A stretch of DNA of 59,637 nucleotides. Source: Alphaproteobacteria bacterium (lineage in GTDB: Bacteria; Pseudomonadota; Alphaproteobacteria; GCA-2731375). The position numbers and the translations under genes were made by a program. Numbering within the stretch: position 1 is the stretch's first letter; each line of letters opens with the position of its first letter. Location of the stretch: assembly GCA_965225945.1 (NCBI GenBank), contig CBDDBZ010000015.1:1-59637 (forward strand), read 5' to 3'. Shown here piece after piece: positions 10,376-19,001 of the stretch. The notes beneath the pieces were generated by a model. That model was not told the DNA's origin and made no database searches. It saw only the letters and a list, made by a program, of their open reading frames with translations.

Positions 10376-11284
10376 CTAACCGGCCTCCTCCGGCGGCAGA
10401 CGGACCTCGACGCCGGCGCGCTCCTCTTGCAGGGTCAGCACCTTGGAGGTGTCGAAGCCGCCCCAGCCGCGCGCCATCGCCGCGCGCAGCTCGCGCTCGC
10501 AGATCGCCGCCAGCTCCATCGGCACCCCCGTCTCGGCCGCCAGCCCAGCCGCCAGGCCGAGGTCCTTGGCCGCCAGCGCCAGGGCGAAGCGGGGCTCGAA
10601 ATCGCCCCTGAGATAGGTCTCGCGCAACCGCACCTTGAGGTTGCTCATGCGGCCGAGCGCGCCTTGGGTGAAGACCTCGACCAGTACCTCCGGCGCGACG
10701 CCGGCCTTGACGCCGGTGGTCCAGCATTCCGCCATGACGAGATCGAGGGTGAAGGAGGCGCTGTTGTGCAGGATCTTGGCGACGCAGCCGCTGCCGATGG
10801 CACCGGTGTGGATGATCCGCTCGGCGATCGCCTCGAGGTACGGCCGCGCGCGGGCCACCGCCGCCCCCTCGCCCCCGACCATCACCAAGAGATCGCGGAT
10901 CCGCGCGCCCTCGACGCCGCCGCTCACCGGCGCGTCGAGCATGGCCACGCCCTCCGCGGCGAAGGCCGCGTGCACACGGCGCGCCAGCGCCGGCGCGTTG
11001 GTGGTGTGATCGATGAAGAGCATGCCCGGCCGCGCGCCCGCGAGGAGCCCATCGGGGCCCAGCGTCACCGCCTCCATCTCCGGCGGCCCCGGCAGGCAGG
11101 TGACGACGACGTCGCAGGCCTCGGCCACCTCGGCGGGTGAATGGGCACGCCTCGCCCCCGCCGCCGTCAGCGAGGCGCCGGCATCGGCGCGGCGGTCGTG
11201 GACCACCAACGCGTTGCCGGCGGCGAGGAGCTGGTGCGCGATGGGCGTCCCGATGTTGCCGGTGCCGATGAAGCCCGTGGGCAT
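10376..11284 (-). CDS. NAD(P)-dependent oxidoreductase, 3-hydroxyisobutyrate dehydrogenase / beta-hydroxyacid dehydrogenase family
   Basis: GFIGTGNIG, LDAPVSGG, GSGCVAKILHN, FALALAAKDL. Confidence 0.9.
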   Translation of the reverse strand: MPTGFIGTGNIGTPIAHQLLAAGNALVVHDRRADAGASLTAAGARRAHSPAEVAEACDVVVTCLPGPPEMEAVTLGPDGLLAGARPGMLFIDHTTNAPALARRVHAAFAAEGVAMLDAPVSGGVEGARIRDLLVMVGGEGAAVARARPYLEAIAERIIHTGAIGSGCVAKILHNSASFTLDLVMAECWTTGVKAGVAPEVLVEVFTQGALGRMSNLKVRLRETYLRGDFEPRFALALAAKDLGLAAGLAAETGVPMELAAICERELRAAMARGWGGFDTSKVLTLQEERAGVEVRLPPEEAG

Positions 11285-11300
11285 GGCGCGCGCGCCCGAT

Positions 11301-12422
11301 TCAGAGAGCGTAGAGCCGACGGGAGTTGTCCCAGAGGATCTTTCGCTTGGCTTCCTCCGCGAGTTCGAGATCCAGGAACAGGTTCATCGCTTGCGGGTAT
11401 TTCGCGTCGCCATGGGGGTAGTCGGTGGTGGTCACCAGGCAGTCGTCGCCGATCACGTCGACCACGTGGGCGACGAAGTCCTCGTCACACTCGACCGCGC
11501 AGAAGCCCTGCCGGGCGAAATATTCCGAGGGCTTCAGCTTCAGGTCAGCCATCTCGCCATAGGGCCGGCGCCAAACATAGTGGTCGTCCATGCGGTCGAG
11601 CCAGAACGGCAGCCAGCCGCACTGGCCCTCCAGGAAGGCCATGCGAAGGCGGGGGAAACGCTCCATCACGCCGCCCATGATCACGTCCATGCAGGTCAGC
11701 ATCTGCTCGACCGGATGGGTCGAGATATGGGCGATGCCGAGCAGTTGGAAGCGGTCGGTGCCCGCCGCCTTCATGCGGCTGCCCGTGGTCTCGTGGAAGC
11801 CGACGGCGATGTCGAGATCCTGGCAGGTGGCCCAGAGCGGGTCGTAGTAGGGATCGTGCCAGGCCCGGTCGTTGAACAGGTTGGGGCGCAGGAAGATCGC
11901 CTTCATCTCTAGATCGCGGACCGCGCGCTTGGTCTCCTCGACCGCCGTCTCCACGTCGTGCGGCGAGACCGCGGCGGCGCCGAATAGGCGCTTGGGGTCG
12001 GCGGCCTGGATATAGTCGTACAGCCAGTCGTTATAGGCCCGGCAGACGGCGGCGGCGAAGCGCGGCTCCATCCGCTCGAAGGCGATGGCATACATCCCCG
12101 CGGTCGGATAGAGCACCGCCAGGTCCAGCCCCTCCTTCTCCATCGCGATCACCTGCGAGGGCGGATCGAAGTCGCGCGCGATCTCTTCCGCGTAGCGCTT
12201 CGCCATCGCCTCCTCTTCCGCGTCGCTCTGCGCGGGCCAGTCGCCGCCCGGAATCGTCGCCATCACCTCGCCCTCGACGACGGTGCGGATGTCCCAGCGG
12301 CGCTCGCTCAGCCGCTTGGGCGCGCGGTCGCGAAACTCGGCATCGATGTAACGGTCCCAAAGATCGACCGGCTCCATCACGTGCATCTCCGCATCGATGA
12401 TCTGGAATCCCCGCTTGGCCAT
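11301..12422 (-). CDS. Amidohydrolase_2 family protein (decarboxylase/hydratase-like)
   Basis: IIDAEMHVMEP, RAYNDWL, GFHE, FLEGQCGWLPFWLDRMD, TDYPHGD, KILWDNSRRLY. Confidence 0.88.
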   Translation of the reverse strand: MAKRGFQIIDAEMHVMEPVDLWDRYIDAEFRDRAPKRLSERRWDIRTVVEGEVMATIPGGDWPAQSDAEEEAMAKRYAEEIARDFDPPSQVIAMEKEGLDLAVLYPTAGMYAIAFERMEPRFAAAVCRAYNDWLYDYIQAADPKRLFGAAAVSPHDVETAVEETKRAVRDLEMKAIFLRPNLFNDRAWHDPYYDPLWATCQDLDIAVGFHETTGSRMKAAGTDRFQLLGIAHISTHPVEQMLTCMDVIMGGVMERFPRLRMAFLEGQCGWLPFWLDRMDDHYVWRRPYGEMADLKLKPSEYFARQGFCAVECDEDFVAHVVDVIGDDCLVTTTDYPHGDAKYPQAMNLFLDLELAEEAKRKILWDNSRRLYAL

Positions 12423-12562
12423 GGCTCGTCCTCCGCTTCCCGTCGCGATGTATCCTTCGATTTTCCACGCCTAACCTCGAAGAGTCCAATCGAGGCGATA
12501 TCGCGGCTCCGATGGGCTATGATGGCGGGGCTCGCAACGGGCAAACCCTGAGGAGAATGAAC

Positions 12563-13306
12563 ATGGCCATCCGCAAGCGTATCGGGGTGTTGATCCCCTC
12601 CACCAACACGAGCTGCGAGGCGGACTTTCAAATGGTCGCGCCGAGCGACGTGACCATCCACGGTCAACGTCTCTGGCTGACCAACGACGCCCGAGGCGAT
12701 TCCGCCATGGAGCGGATGAACGCCGAGATCGAGAGTGGCGCCCGCTATCTGGCGACCGCGAAGGTCGACGTCGTCGCCTACGGCTGCACCACCGGCAGCT
12801 TCTACAAGGGCCCCGGATGGGACCGCGACATGATCGCGCTGATGGCCCGAGAGGCGGGCGTGCCGGCCGTCGCCACCAGCCCCTCGGTGGTCGAGGCTTT
12901 GCATCACTTCGGCGCCCGCAAGATCTCCGTCGCCAGCCCCTATCCCGCCTGGAACAACGAGAAGCTCGAGGCCTATATGGAGGCGGCCGGCTTCGAGGTA
13001 CTGAACGTCGAGGGCGAGCCCTGGGCGGCCGAGGCCGGCGCCCAGGGGATCAACGACCAGGACCCCGAGGTCGTGGTCGAGTTCGCCGAGCGGGCCTGCC
13101 GGCCGGAGGCCGACGTGCTGTTCTGTTCCTGCACCGCGTGGCGCTCGATGGAGGTGGTGGCGGAGCTGGAGCGCCGCACCGGCAAGCCGGTCGTGACCTC
13201 CAACCAAGCCACCGTGTGGGCCGCCTTCCGCGCCCTCGGCATCGACGCCCCGATCGAGGGCTACGGAAGCCTGCTGGCGGACCGGGAGACGCGCAAAGCG
13301 GCATGA
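12563..13306 (+). CDS. Maleate cis-trans isomerase / Asp-Glu racemase family protein
   Basis: IGVLIPSTNT, YGCTTGS and SCTAW (two catalytic Cys), GKPVVTSNQA; AGGAGA RBS. Confidence 0.88.
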   Translation: MAIRKRIGVLIPSTNTSCEADFQMVAPSDVTIHGQRLWLTNDARGDSAMERMNAEIESGARYLATAKVDVVAYGCTTGSFYKGPGWDRDMIALMAREAGVPAVATSPSVVEALHHFGARKISVASPYPAWNNEKLEAYMEAAGFEVLNVEGEPWAAEAGAQGINDQDPEVVVEFAERACRPEADVLFCSCTAWRSMEVVAELERRTGKPVVTSNQATVWAAFRALGIDAPIEGYGSLLADRETRKAA

Positions 13307-13318
13307 TCTCGGCGCCGC

Positions 13319-14455
13319 TCAGCCGAGTGCGCGCATCACCGCGTCGACCAGGCGCTCGGCATAGGGGCTGGCGCCCGGGCCGGGGGCGAGTCGGTTGGGG
13401 GTGAAGCCGAAACCGAGGCGGCGGTTCGAATCGGCGAAGCCCAAGGCACCGCCGATGCCGGTATGGCCGAAGGACGCGGGGTTGCCGCTGAAGGGCGCGT
13501 AATCGTTGGCCAGGCGAAAGCCCCGCGCCATCCGGCAGTCGAGGCCGAGCGCGTCGACATGGCGCCAGCGTTCTTCCACCGCGATTCCCGCCATCCGCCG
13601 GCTCAGCAGCCGTTCGCCCTCGCCGCGAAGGTCGTCGGCCAGCACGGCGTAGAGGCGCGCCACCCCTCGCGCGCTGCCATGACAGTTGAAGGCGGGCATC
13701 TCCGCGGCGCGGAAACGCTCCGTGTTGAAGTCTTCCTCGCCCGGGCCGAGCGGCAGCGGCGCCCAGCAGCGCCCGATCAGGCTATCCGAGTCGGTGATCG
13801 CCTCCAGCAGCGGATCGCCCGGCGTCCAAACCACGTCCGCCGTCGCCGCGCGGGCCTCCGCGTCGAGGCCGAAGGCGAGCGCGATGTCCAGCGGCTCGGC
13901 GATGTCTTCGCGGACCGCCTGGCCGAGGCTTCGCCCGTCGACCCGGCGGAAGATCTCGCCCACCAGGTGGCCGTAGGTGAAGGTGTGGTAGCACCCGCCC
14001 TCGCCCGGCGGCGTCATCGGGCGCGCCGCCTGGATCGCCTCGACCATGGCCGTCCAGTCGTAGGCGGCGCCGCGGGGCGCGCCGAAGGCGCCGGGCAGCC
14101 CCGCCTGGTGCGAGAGCACATGGTCGATGGTCGTGGCCTCCTTGCCGGCCCTAGCGTATTCCGGCCAATACTCGGCCACCCGATTTTCCAGCCCGACCGC
14201 GCCAGAATCGATCAGCCGCAACAGCGGCAGCGCCGCCACGGGCTTGCCGACAGAGAAGACGCAGACGGTCGTGTCCTCTTCCCAAGGCTCGCTGCGCGCG
14301 CCGTCGCGATGCCCGCCCCATAGGTCGACCACCAATTCGCCGTCCACCATCACGGCCACGGCCTCCCCGAGCTCTTGCCCGTCGGCGAGGTTGGTGGCCA
14401 GGGCCTCGGCCACGGCCTCGAAGTCCGGATGACAGTGGCCCGTGACGTCGGTCAT
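13319..14455 (-). CDS. Serine hydrolase (beta-lactamase fold, family VIII esterase-like)
   Basis: VDLWGG, FSVGK (SxxK), LSHQAGL, YHTFTYG, FGHTGIGG. Confidence 0.9.
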   Translation of the reverse strand: MTDVTGHCHPDFEAVAEALATNLADGQELGEAVAVMVDGELVVDLWGGHRDGARSEPWEEDTTVCVFSVGKPVAALPLLRLIDSGAVGLENRVAEYWPEYARAGKEATTIDHVLSHQAGLPGAFGAPRGAAYDWTAMVEAIQAARPMTPPGEGGCYHTFTYGHLVGEIFRRVDGRSLGQAVREDIAEPLDIALAFGLDAEARAATADVVWTPGDPLLEAITDSDSLIGRCWAPLPLGPGEEDFNTERFRAAEMPAFNCHGSARGVARLYAVLADDLRGEGERLLSRRMAGIAVEERWRHVDALGLDCRMARGFRLANDYAPFSGNPASFGHTGIGGALGFADSNRRLGFGFTPNRLAPGPGASPYAERLVDAVMRALG

Positions 14456-14538
14456 GCTCGGCCCCTCCCCAGGCCGGAGTATGGTGCCAGCGGTGCGCGT
14501 CGGGTAGTACGCACGGGCGCGCTGGAGGAGGTGAGGTG

Positions 14539-15564
14539 ATGAGCGAGATCGAATATGGACTGTTCGTGCGCGGCCAGTACCGCGCCGGCGACGACATGGC
14601 GAAACGCTTCGAGGAAGTGTTGGCGCAGGTCCGGCTCGCCGACCGGCTGGGCTTCGCCGATCTCCTCACCGGCATGCATTACGCCGCCGCACCGTTGCAG
14701 CAGTATCAATTGATTCCGCTGCTCGCCCGCCTGATGGCGGAAACCGATTCCATGCGCATCATCACCGGGATCGTCCTCTTGTCGCTCCATAAGCCGCTCG
14801 ACATGGCCGAACAGCTCGCCACCCTCGACGTGATGTCGGGTGGCCGCCTGGTGTTCGGCGCCGGCCTCGGCTACCGCGAGGTCGAGTTCAAAGGCTTCGG
14901 CACCACGCAATCGGAACGCGTGCCCCGCCTGGTCGAGAACCTGGTGGCGATCAAGCGACTCTGGACCGAGGACGCGGTCACGATGAAGGGCTCCCACTTC
15001 GAATTGATCGACGCGACCGTATCGCTGAAGCCGCTACAAAAGCCGATGCCGCCGATCTGGTTCGGCGCCAACGCCGACGGCGCGGTGCGCCGGGCGGCCG
15101 AGCTGGCCGACACCTGGTTCATCAATCCGCACCAACGCATGGCGACGATCGAGCGCCAGCTCTCGCTCTACAACCAGGCGCTGGAAGAATTCGGCAAGCC
15201 GCCACCCGCCGAGCTGCCGTTGATGCGGGAGATCTTCGTCGCCTCCAGCCGCGAGGAGGCAACCCGTCTCGCCCGGCCCTATCTCGAGGAGAAATACAAG
15301 GTCTACCACCATTGGGGTCAGGACAAGGCGATGCCGGCGGACGACGCCGACCTGTCGCTCGATTTCGACGAGCTGACCCGCGACCGTTTCCTCTTCGGCT
15401 CGCCCGACGAGGTGGCGGAACAGATCATCGGCTACAAGCAGCGGCTCGGCGTCACCCGGATGATCCTCTCCGTTCACTGGGTCGGCATGCCGCACGCCCA
15501 AGTCGAGGACAGCCTGCACCTCTTCGCCGAGGAAGTGATGCCGAGGGTGAAACAAGGGCTGTAG
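14539..15564 (+). CDS. LLM class flavin-dependent oxidoreductase
   Basis: AEQLATLDVMSGGRLVFGAGLGYREVEF, KPLQKPMPPIWFGA, FGSPDEV. Confidence 0.9.
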   Translation: MSEIEYGLFVRGQYRAGDDMAKRFEEVLAQVRLADRLGFADLLTGMHYAAAPLQQYQLIPLLARLMAETDSMRIITGIVLLSLHKPLDMAEQLATLDVMSGGRLVFGAGLGYREVEFKGFGTTQSERVPRLVENLVAIKRLWTEDAVTMKGSHFELIDATVSLKPLQKPMPPIWFGANADGAVRRAAELADTWFINPHQRMATIERQLSLYNQALEEFGKPPPAELPLMREIFVASSREEATRLARPYLEEKYKVYHHWGQDKAMPADDADLSLDFDELTRDRFLFGSPDEVAEQIIGYKQRLGVTRMILSVHWVGMPHAQVEDSLHLFAEEVMPRVKQGL

Positions 15565-15601
15565 CCGGCCCGGAGCGCTTGCCAGGGAGCAAGGACGGGG
15601 G

Positions 15602-15988
15602 TCAATGCGCGCCCTCGCCGAGCTTGGCGGGGACCTCGCGGTAGAAGCAGCTGAGGTAGCCCTTGCCGCAGACCGGATGCTCGGGCACGGTCTCGAAGAC
15701 CACGGTGTCGTCGTCGCAATCGACCAGGACACGAGATATGCGGACGAACTTGCCGTCCTCCTCCCCCATCCGCCAGACTCGGCCGAGGGTGCGGCGATAG
15801 AGCGTCAGAAGACCGCTCTCGCAGCTCGCCCGCCAGGCCTCCTCATTCATGAAGCCGACCATCAGCACCTCGCGGCTATAGGCGTGCTGCACCACGCAGG
15901 GCACCAGGCCGCCCATCTTGTCGAAGTCGAGGGGGATGGGCTCGAAGCTCTCGCCCGGACCCGCGGAATCCTCTATCACTTCGGTCAT
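15602..15988 (-). CDS. hisI: Phosphoribosyl-AMP cyclohydrolase-like protein (divergent HisI paralog)
   Basis: DFDKMGGLVPCVVQ, VLMVGFMNEEA, DCDDD and SCFY match HisI; CHTG is changed to CGKG and WxKGETSG to WRMGEEDG. Start overlaps the upstream stop (ATGA). Confidence 0.8.
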   Translation of the reverse strand: MTEVIEDSAGPGESFEPIPLDFDKMGGLVPCVVQHAYSREVLMVGFMNEEAWRASCESGLLTLYRRTLGRVWRMGEEDGKFVRISRVLVDCDDDTVVFETVPEHPVCGKGYLSCFYREVPAKLGEGAH

Positions 15989-17271
15989 CGCTCGCTCCTC
16001 CCGCACGCCGGTGGCGCGCCGGCGAGGGTATTCTTGTGGATGCGCCCGGCCTTGGCGACCAGACGCACTCGGCTCGCCTGGCCCAGGCTCCAAATATCGT
16101 CCAGGGGATCGCCGTCGAAGGCCACCAAGTCTGCGATTTGGCCGGCTTCCAAGGTTCCCAGATCGGAATAGCCGAGGAAATCGGCCGCCGTCGAAGTGGC
16201 GGCGACGATCGCCTGCATCGGCGTCATGCCCAGGTAGTCGACCATGTAGCCGAGCTCGATCAAGTTTTCGCCGGTCAGCAGGCGGTGCGACTGATCGGTC
16301 CCCATGGCGACCTTGACACCGCGCCTGACGGCCTCCCGGAAGAGCGGGATCTGGGCCTCCAGGCCGGCCATGATGCGGGCTTCCTTGCTGGTCTCGTCCG
16401 CCAGCTCCTGCCCGGCCCAGGCCTTGTCGCGCCGGCGCCGCTTATGGCCCTCCGGAATCAGCGCCAGCGTCGGCACCCACCAGGTGCCTTGGGCCAACAT
16501 GGTCTCGATACATTCCTCGTCCAGGAACCAGCCGTGCTCGATCGAGCGGGCGCCGCCTTCGAGGGCGTTCTTGATCCCCTGCAAGCCTTCCGCGTGGACC
16601 GCCACGTAGGTGCCCTTGGCCTCCGCCTCGGCGACGGCGGTGGCGATCTCCTCGACGCTGAACTGCACCTCGTCGTAATCATCGGTGACCGACGTGACGC
16701 CGCCCGTGGTGCAGACCTTGAGGAAATCGGCGCCCCGCATCAAAAACTCGCGGCAGACCCGGCGCATCCCATCCACCCCGTCGGCGATGTTGTTGGGCAG
16801 CCAGAGGCGTTTCGGTACCGGGAAGCCGGCTGGTACGAAGACGTCGCCATGCCCGCCGCTCTGGCTGATCATGGCGATCGAGACCTGCAGGCGCGGTCCG
16901 GGAACGATGTCCTCGGCGATCGCCTGGCGAAAGCCGGCATCGGCCCCGCCGGTATCGCGCGCGGTGGTAACGCCGCAGTCGAGCGTCGCCCGCAACAATT
17001 GCTGAGAGCGGAAAATGTTGTAGGTCGGATGGTTCTTGAGGTGGGAGCCGTAGTCGCGCGCCCGATAGGCGCAATGCAGGTGGCAGTCGACGAAGCCGGG
17101 GAGGATGGTAGCGCCCGCGACGTCGATCACCTCGGCGCTGGCCGGTACCGTCACGGCGCTCGCCGGACCGGCGGCCACGATCCGGCTTCCCTCGACCACG
17201 ACGACGCCGTCGGCCGCCGGGTCCCGGCCGCTTCCGTCGATCAGTCGGCCGCCGAGTACCGCCCAGCTCAT
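15985..17271 (-). CDS. Metal-dependent amidohydrolase (Xaa-Pro dipeptidase-like subgroup)
   Basis: PGFVDCHLH, GVTTARDTGG, FLKVCTTGGV, VHAEG, IEHG, MGTD, GTLEAGQIADLV. Confidence 0.9.
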   Translation of the reverse strand: MSWAVLGGRLIDGSGRDPAADGVVVVEGSRIVAAGPASAVTVPASAEVIDVAGATILPGFVDCHLHCAYRARDYGSHLKNHPTYNIFRSQQLLRATLDCGVTTARDTGGADAGFRQAIAEDIVPGPRLQVSIAMISQSGGHGDVFVPAGFPVPKRLWLPNNIADGVDGMRRVCREFLMRGADFLKVCTTGGVTSVTDDYDEVQFSVEEIATAVAEAEAKGTYVAVHAEGLQGIKNALEGGARSIEHGWFLDEECIETMLAQGTWWVPTLALIPEGHKRRRRDKAWAGQELADETSKEARIMAGLEAQIPLFREAVRRGVKVAMGTDQSHRLLTGENLIELGYMVDYLGMTPMQAIVAATSTAADFLGYSDLGTLEAGQIADLVAFDGDPLDDIWSLGQASRVRLVAKAGRIHKNTLAGAPPACGRSER

Positions 17272-17293
17272 GCTTCGCGTTCCCTCGTCGTCG

Positions 17294-18022
17294 TCATGCG
17301 TATTTCAGTGCCTCGTCGGCGAAGCGTCGCGCCATCGTCTGGGGGCGGCGCGCGCGCAGGATGGCCCGGCCGATGATGGCATAGCGCCGGCAACCCTCGG
17401 CCGCGCCGAAGGCCTCGTCGATTTTGCCACCGAGGGCGCCGATCCCCGGCAGGAACATCCAGGGGGTCTCGAAGTGCCGGCGCACCATGCGGACATGGCG
17501 GCGAACGGTCTTGGGATCGTTGGCCGGCACGATGACATGATCGACGCCGACGCCCGTCGCCTCCTCCAGGATGCGGCCGAGCGCGCCGTCGTGGACGAAG
17601 CCCCCGTGACGGGCGCGGTATTCCGGATAGGGCAGCTCGCCGCCGACCAGCGGCGTCATGCCCCGGTTCCGCGTTCGCCTGGCGAACTGGCGCACCGCCT
17701 CGCGGCCCGCGAGCGGAAACAGCACCAGCCCGTCGGCGCCGGCCTCCCCGCAGACCTTGGTGAAGCCGTCCGACATCGAGGGGATGTCCGTTCCCGCCTT
17801 CTGATGGTCGTAGAGCACCGGCAGGTCGGAGAACTCGCGCACCACGGCGATCGCCCGATGCAGGCCATGGCGGAGCGCCACCACCGCGCCGAGCTTGAAG
17901 CCGACGACGCCCGGGACCGGCGCCAACGCCTCGACGATCCGGCGCATGCGGTCCAGGTCGTCGACGTCGAGCGCCGGGATGATGCCGGCGCTCGCTGCGA
18001 TCAGGGGCTTGGATTTGGCCAT
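17294..18022 (-). CDS. Orotidine-5-phosphate decarboxylase / HUMPS-like barrel (atypical motif)
   Basis: IIPALDV, GFKLG, YDHQKAGTDIP (variant of DxKxxDIP), LPGIGALGG, IIGRAILRA phosphate-binding motif. Confidence 0.78.
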   Translation of the reverse strand: MAKSKPLIAASAGIIPALDVDDLDRMRRIVEALAPVPGVVGFKLGAVVALRHGLHRAIAVVREFSDLPVLYDHQKAGTDIPSMSDGFTKVCGEAGADGLVLFPLAGREAVRQFARRTRNRGMTPLVGGELPYPEYRARHGGFVHDGALGRILEEATGVGVDHVIVPANDPKTVRRHVRMVRRHFETPWMFLPGIGALGGKIDEAFGAAEGCRRYAIIGRAILRARRPQTMARRFADEALKYA

Positions 18023-18044
18023 CGTCGACCTCGGCGGTCGCCGG

Positions 18045-18935
18045 CTAGTCACCCGCCGCGCGGCGCTCGGCGATGATGCGGCGCGCGCTCGGCTTGATCT
18101 CGCCCATGTCCATGGAGACATCGATCACGGTGACGCTGTGGGTGAGCGCGCCGACCGAGATGATGTCGACCCCAGTGGCGGCGATCGAGAGGATCGTCTC
18201 CTCGGTGATGCCGCCCGAGGCCTCGGTCGGCACCTGGCCGTCGACGATGGCGAGCCCCGCCTTCATGTCCTCCAGCGTCATGTTGTCGAACATGATGACG
18301 TCGGCGCCGGCGTCGAGCGCTTCGCGTACCTGATCCAGGGATTCGCACTCGACCTCGATCTTGAAGGTGTGCTGCGCGCGCTCCTTGAGGATTTGGACCG
18401 CGGCGGTGAGGCCACCCGCTGCCTTGATGTGGTTGTCCTTGACCAGGATCGCGTTCTGCAGGCCGAATATGTGGTTGTGGGCGCCGCCGATCCGGACGGC
18501 GTATTTCTGCAACAGACGAATGCCGGGGACGCCCTTGCGTGTATCGGTGATGCGGGTGCCGAAGGGCTTCACCAGCTCGACGTAGCGCCGGGTCTTGGTG
18601 GCGATGCCGCTCATGTATTGGATCCAATCGAGCGCCACCCGCTCGATCGAGAACAGCACCCAGGCCTTGGTCCGGATATGCATCAAAATGTCGCCCGGCG
18701 ACACCGCGTCGCCGTCCTGGACCCGCCATTCGATCTCGGCGTCGGGATCGAGCATCCGGACCGTCTCGTCGGCCAGCAGCAGACCACAGACGATGCCGGC
18801 CTCCTTGACGTAGATCTGCGCCTCGCCGGGTTGCACATCGTCGACCAGGAAGCCGCCGGTGGTATCGCCCGGATAGAGCTCCTCCTCCAGCGCCCGCTGG
18901 ATCGCGGGCCTGACGAGAAAGCGGTTGATCTGCAT
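18045..18935 (-). CDS. nadC: Quinolinate phosphoribosyltransferase-like protein (divergent NadC paralog)
   Basis: GDTT, ERVAL, SGIATKT, DTRK, KYAVRIGG, KDNHI, IEVECE, IMFDNM, EASGGIT, ISVGALTHS; NHR is changed to NHI. Confidence 0.88.
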   Translation of the reverse strand: MQINRFLVRPAIQRALEEELYPGDTTGGFLVDDVQPGEAQIYVKEAGIVCGLLLADETVRMLDPDAEIEWRVQDGDAVSPGDILMHIRTKAWVLFSIERVALDWIQYMSGIATKTRRYVELVKPFGTRITDTRKGVPGIRLLQKYAVRIGGAHNHIFGLQNAILVKDNHIKAAGGLTAAVQILKERAQHTFKIEVECESLDQVREALDAGADVIMFDNMTLEDMKAGLAIVDGQVPTEASGGITEETILSIAATGVDIISVGALTHSVTVIDVSMDMGEIKPSARRIIAERRAAGD

Positions 18936-19001
18936 GCCTCTCTCCCCCCGGGCGAATGGCCTGGTTCGTAGTCTAGTCGCGGATCGAGCTCCCCCGCAAT
19001 C

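Noticed and set aside
13319-14455. Beta-lactam resistance gene
   Set aside because: SxxK fold, but no signal peptide, and the LSHQAGL/YH motifs of family VIII esterases.
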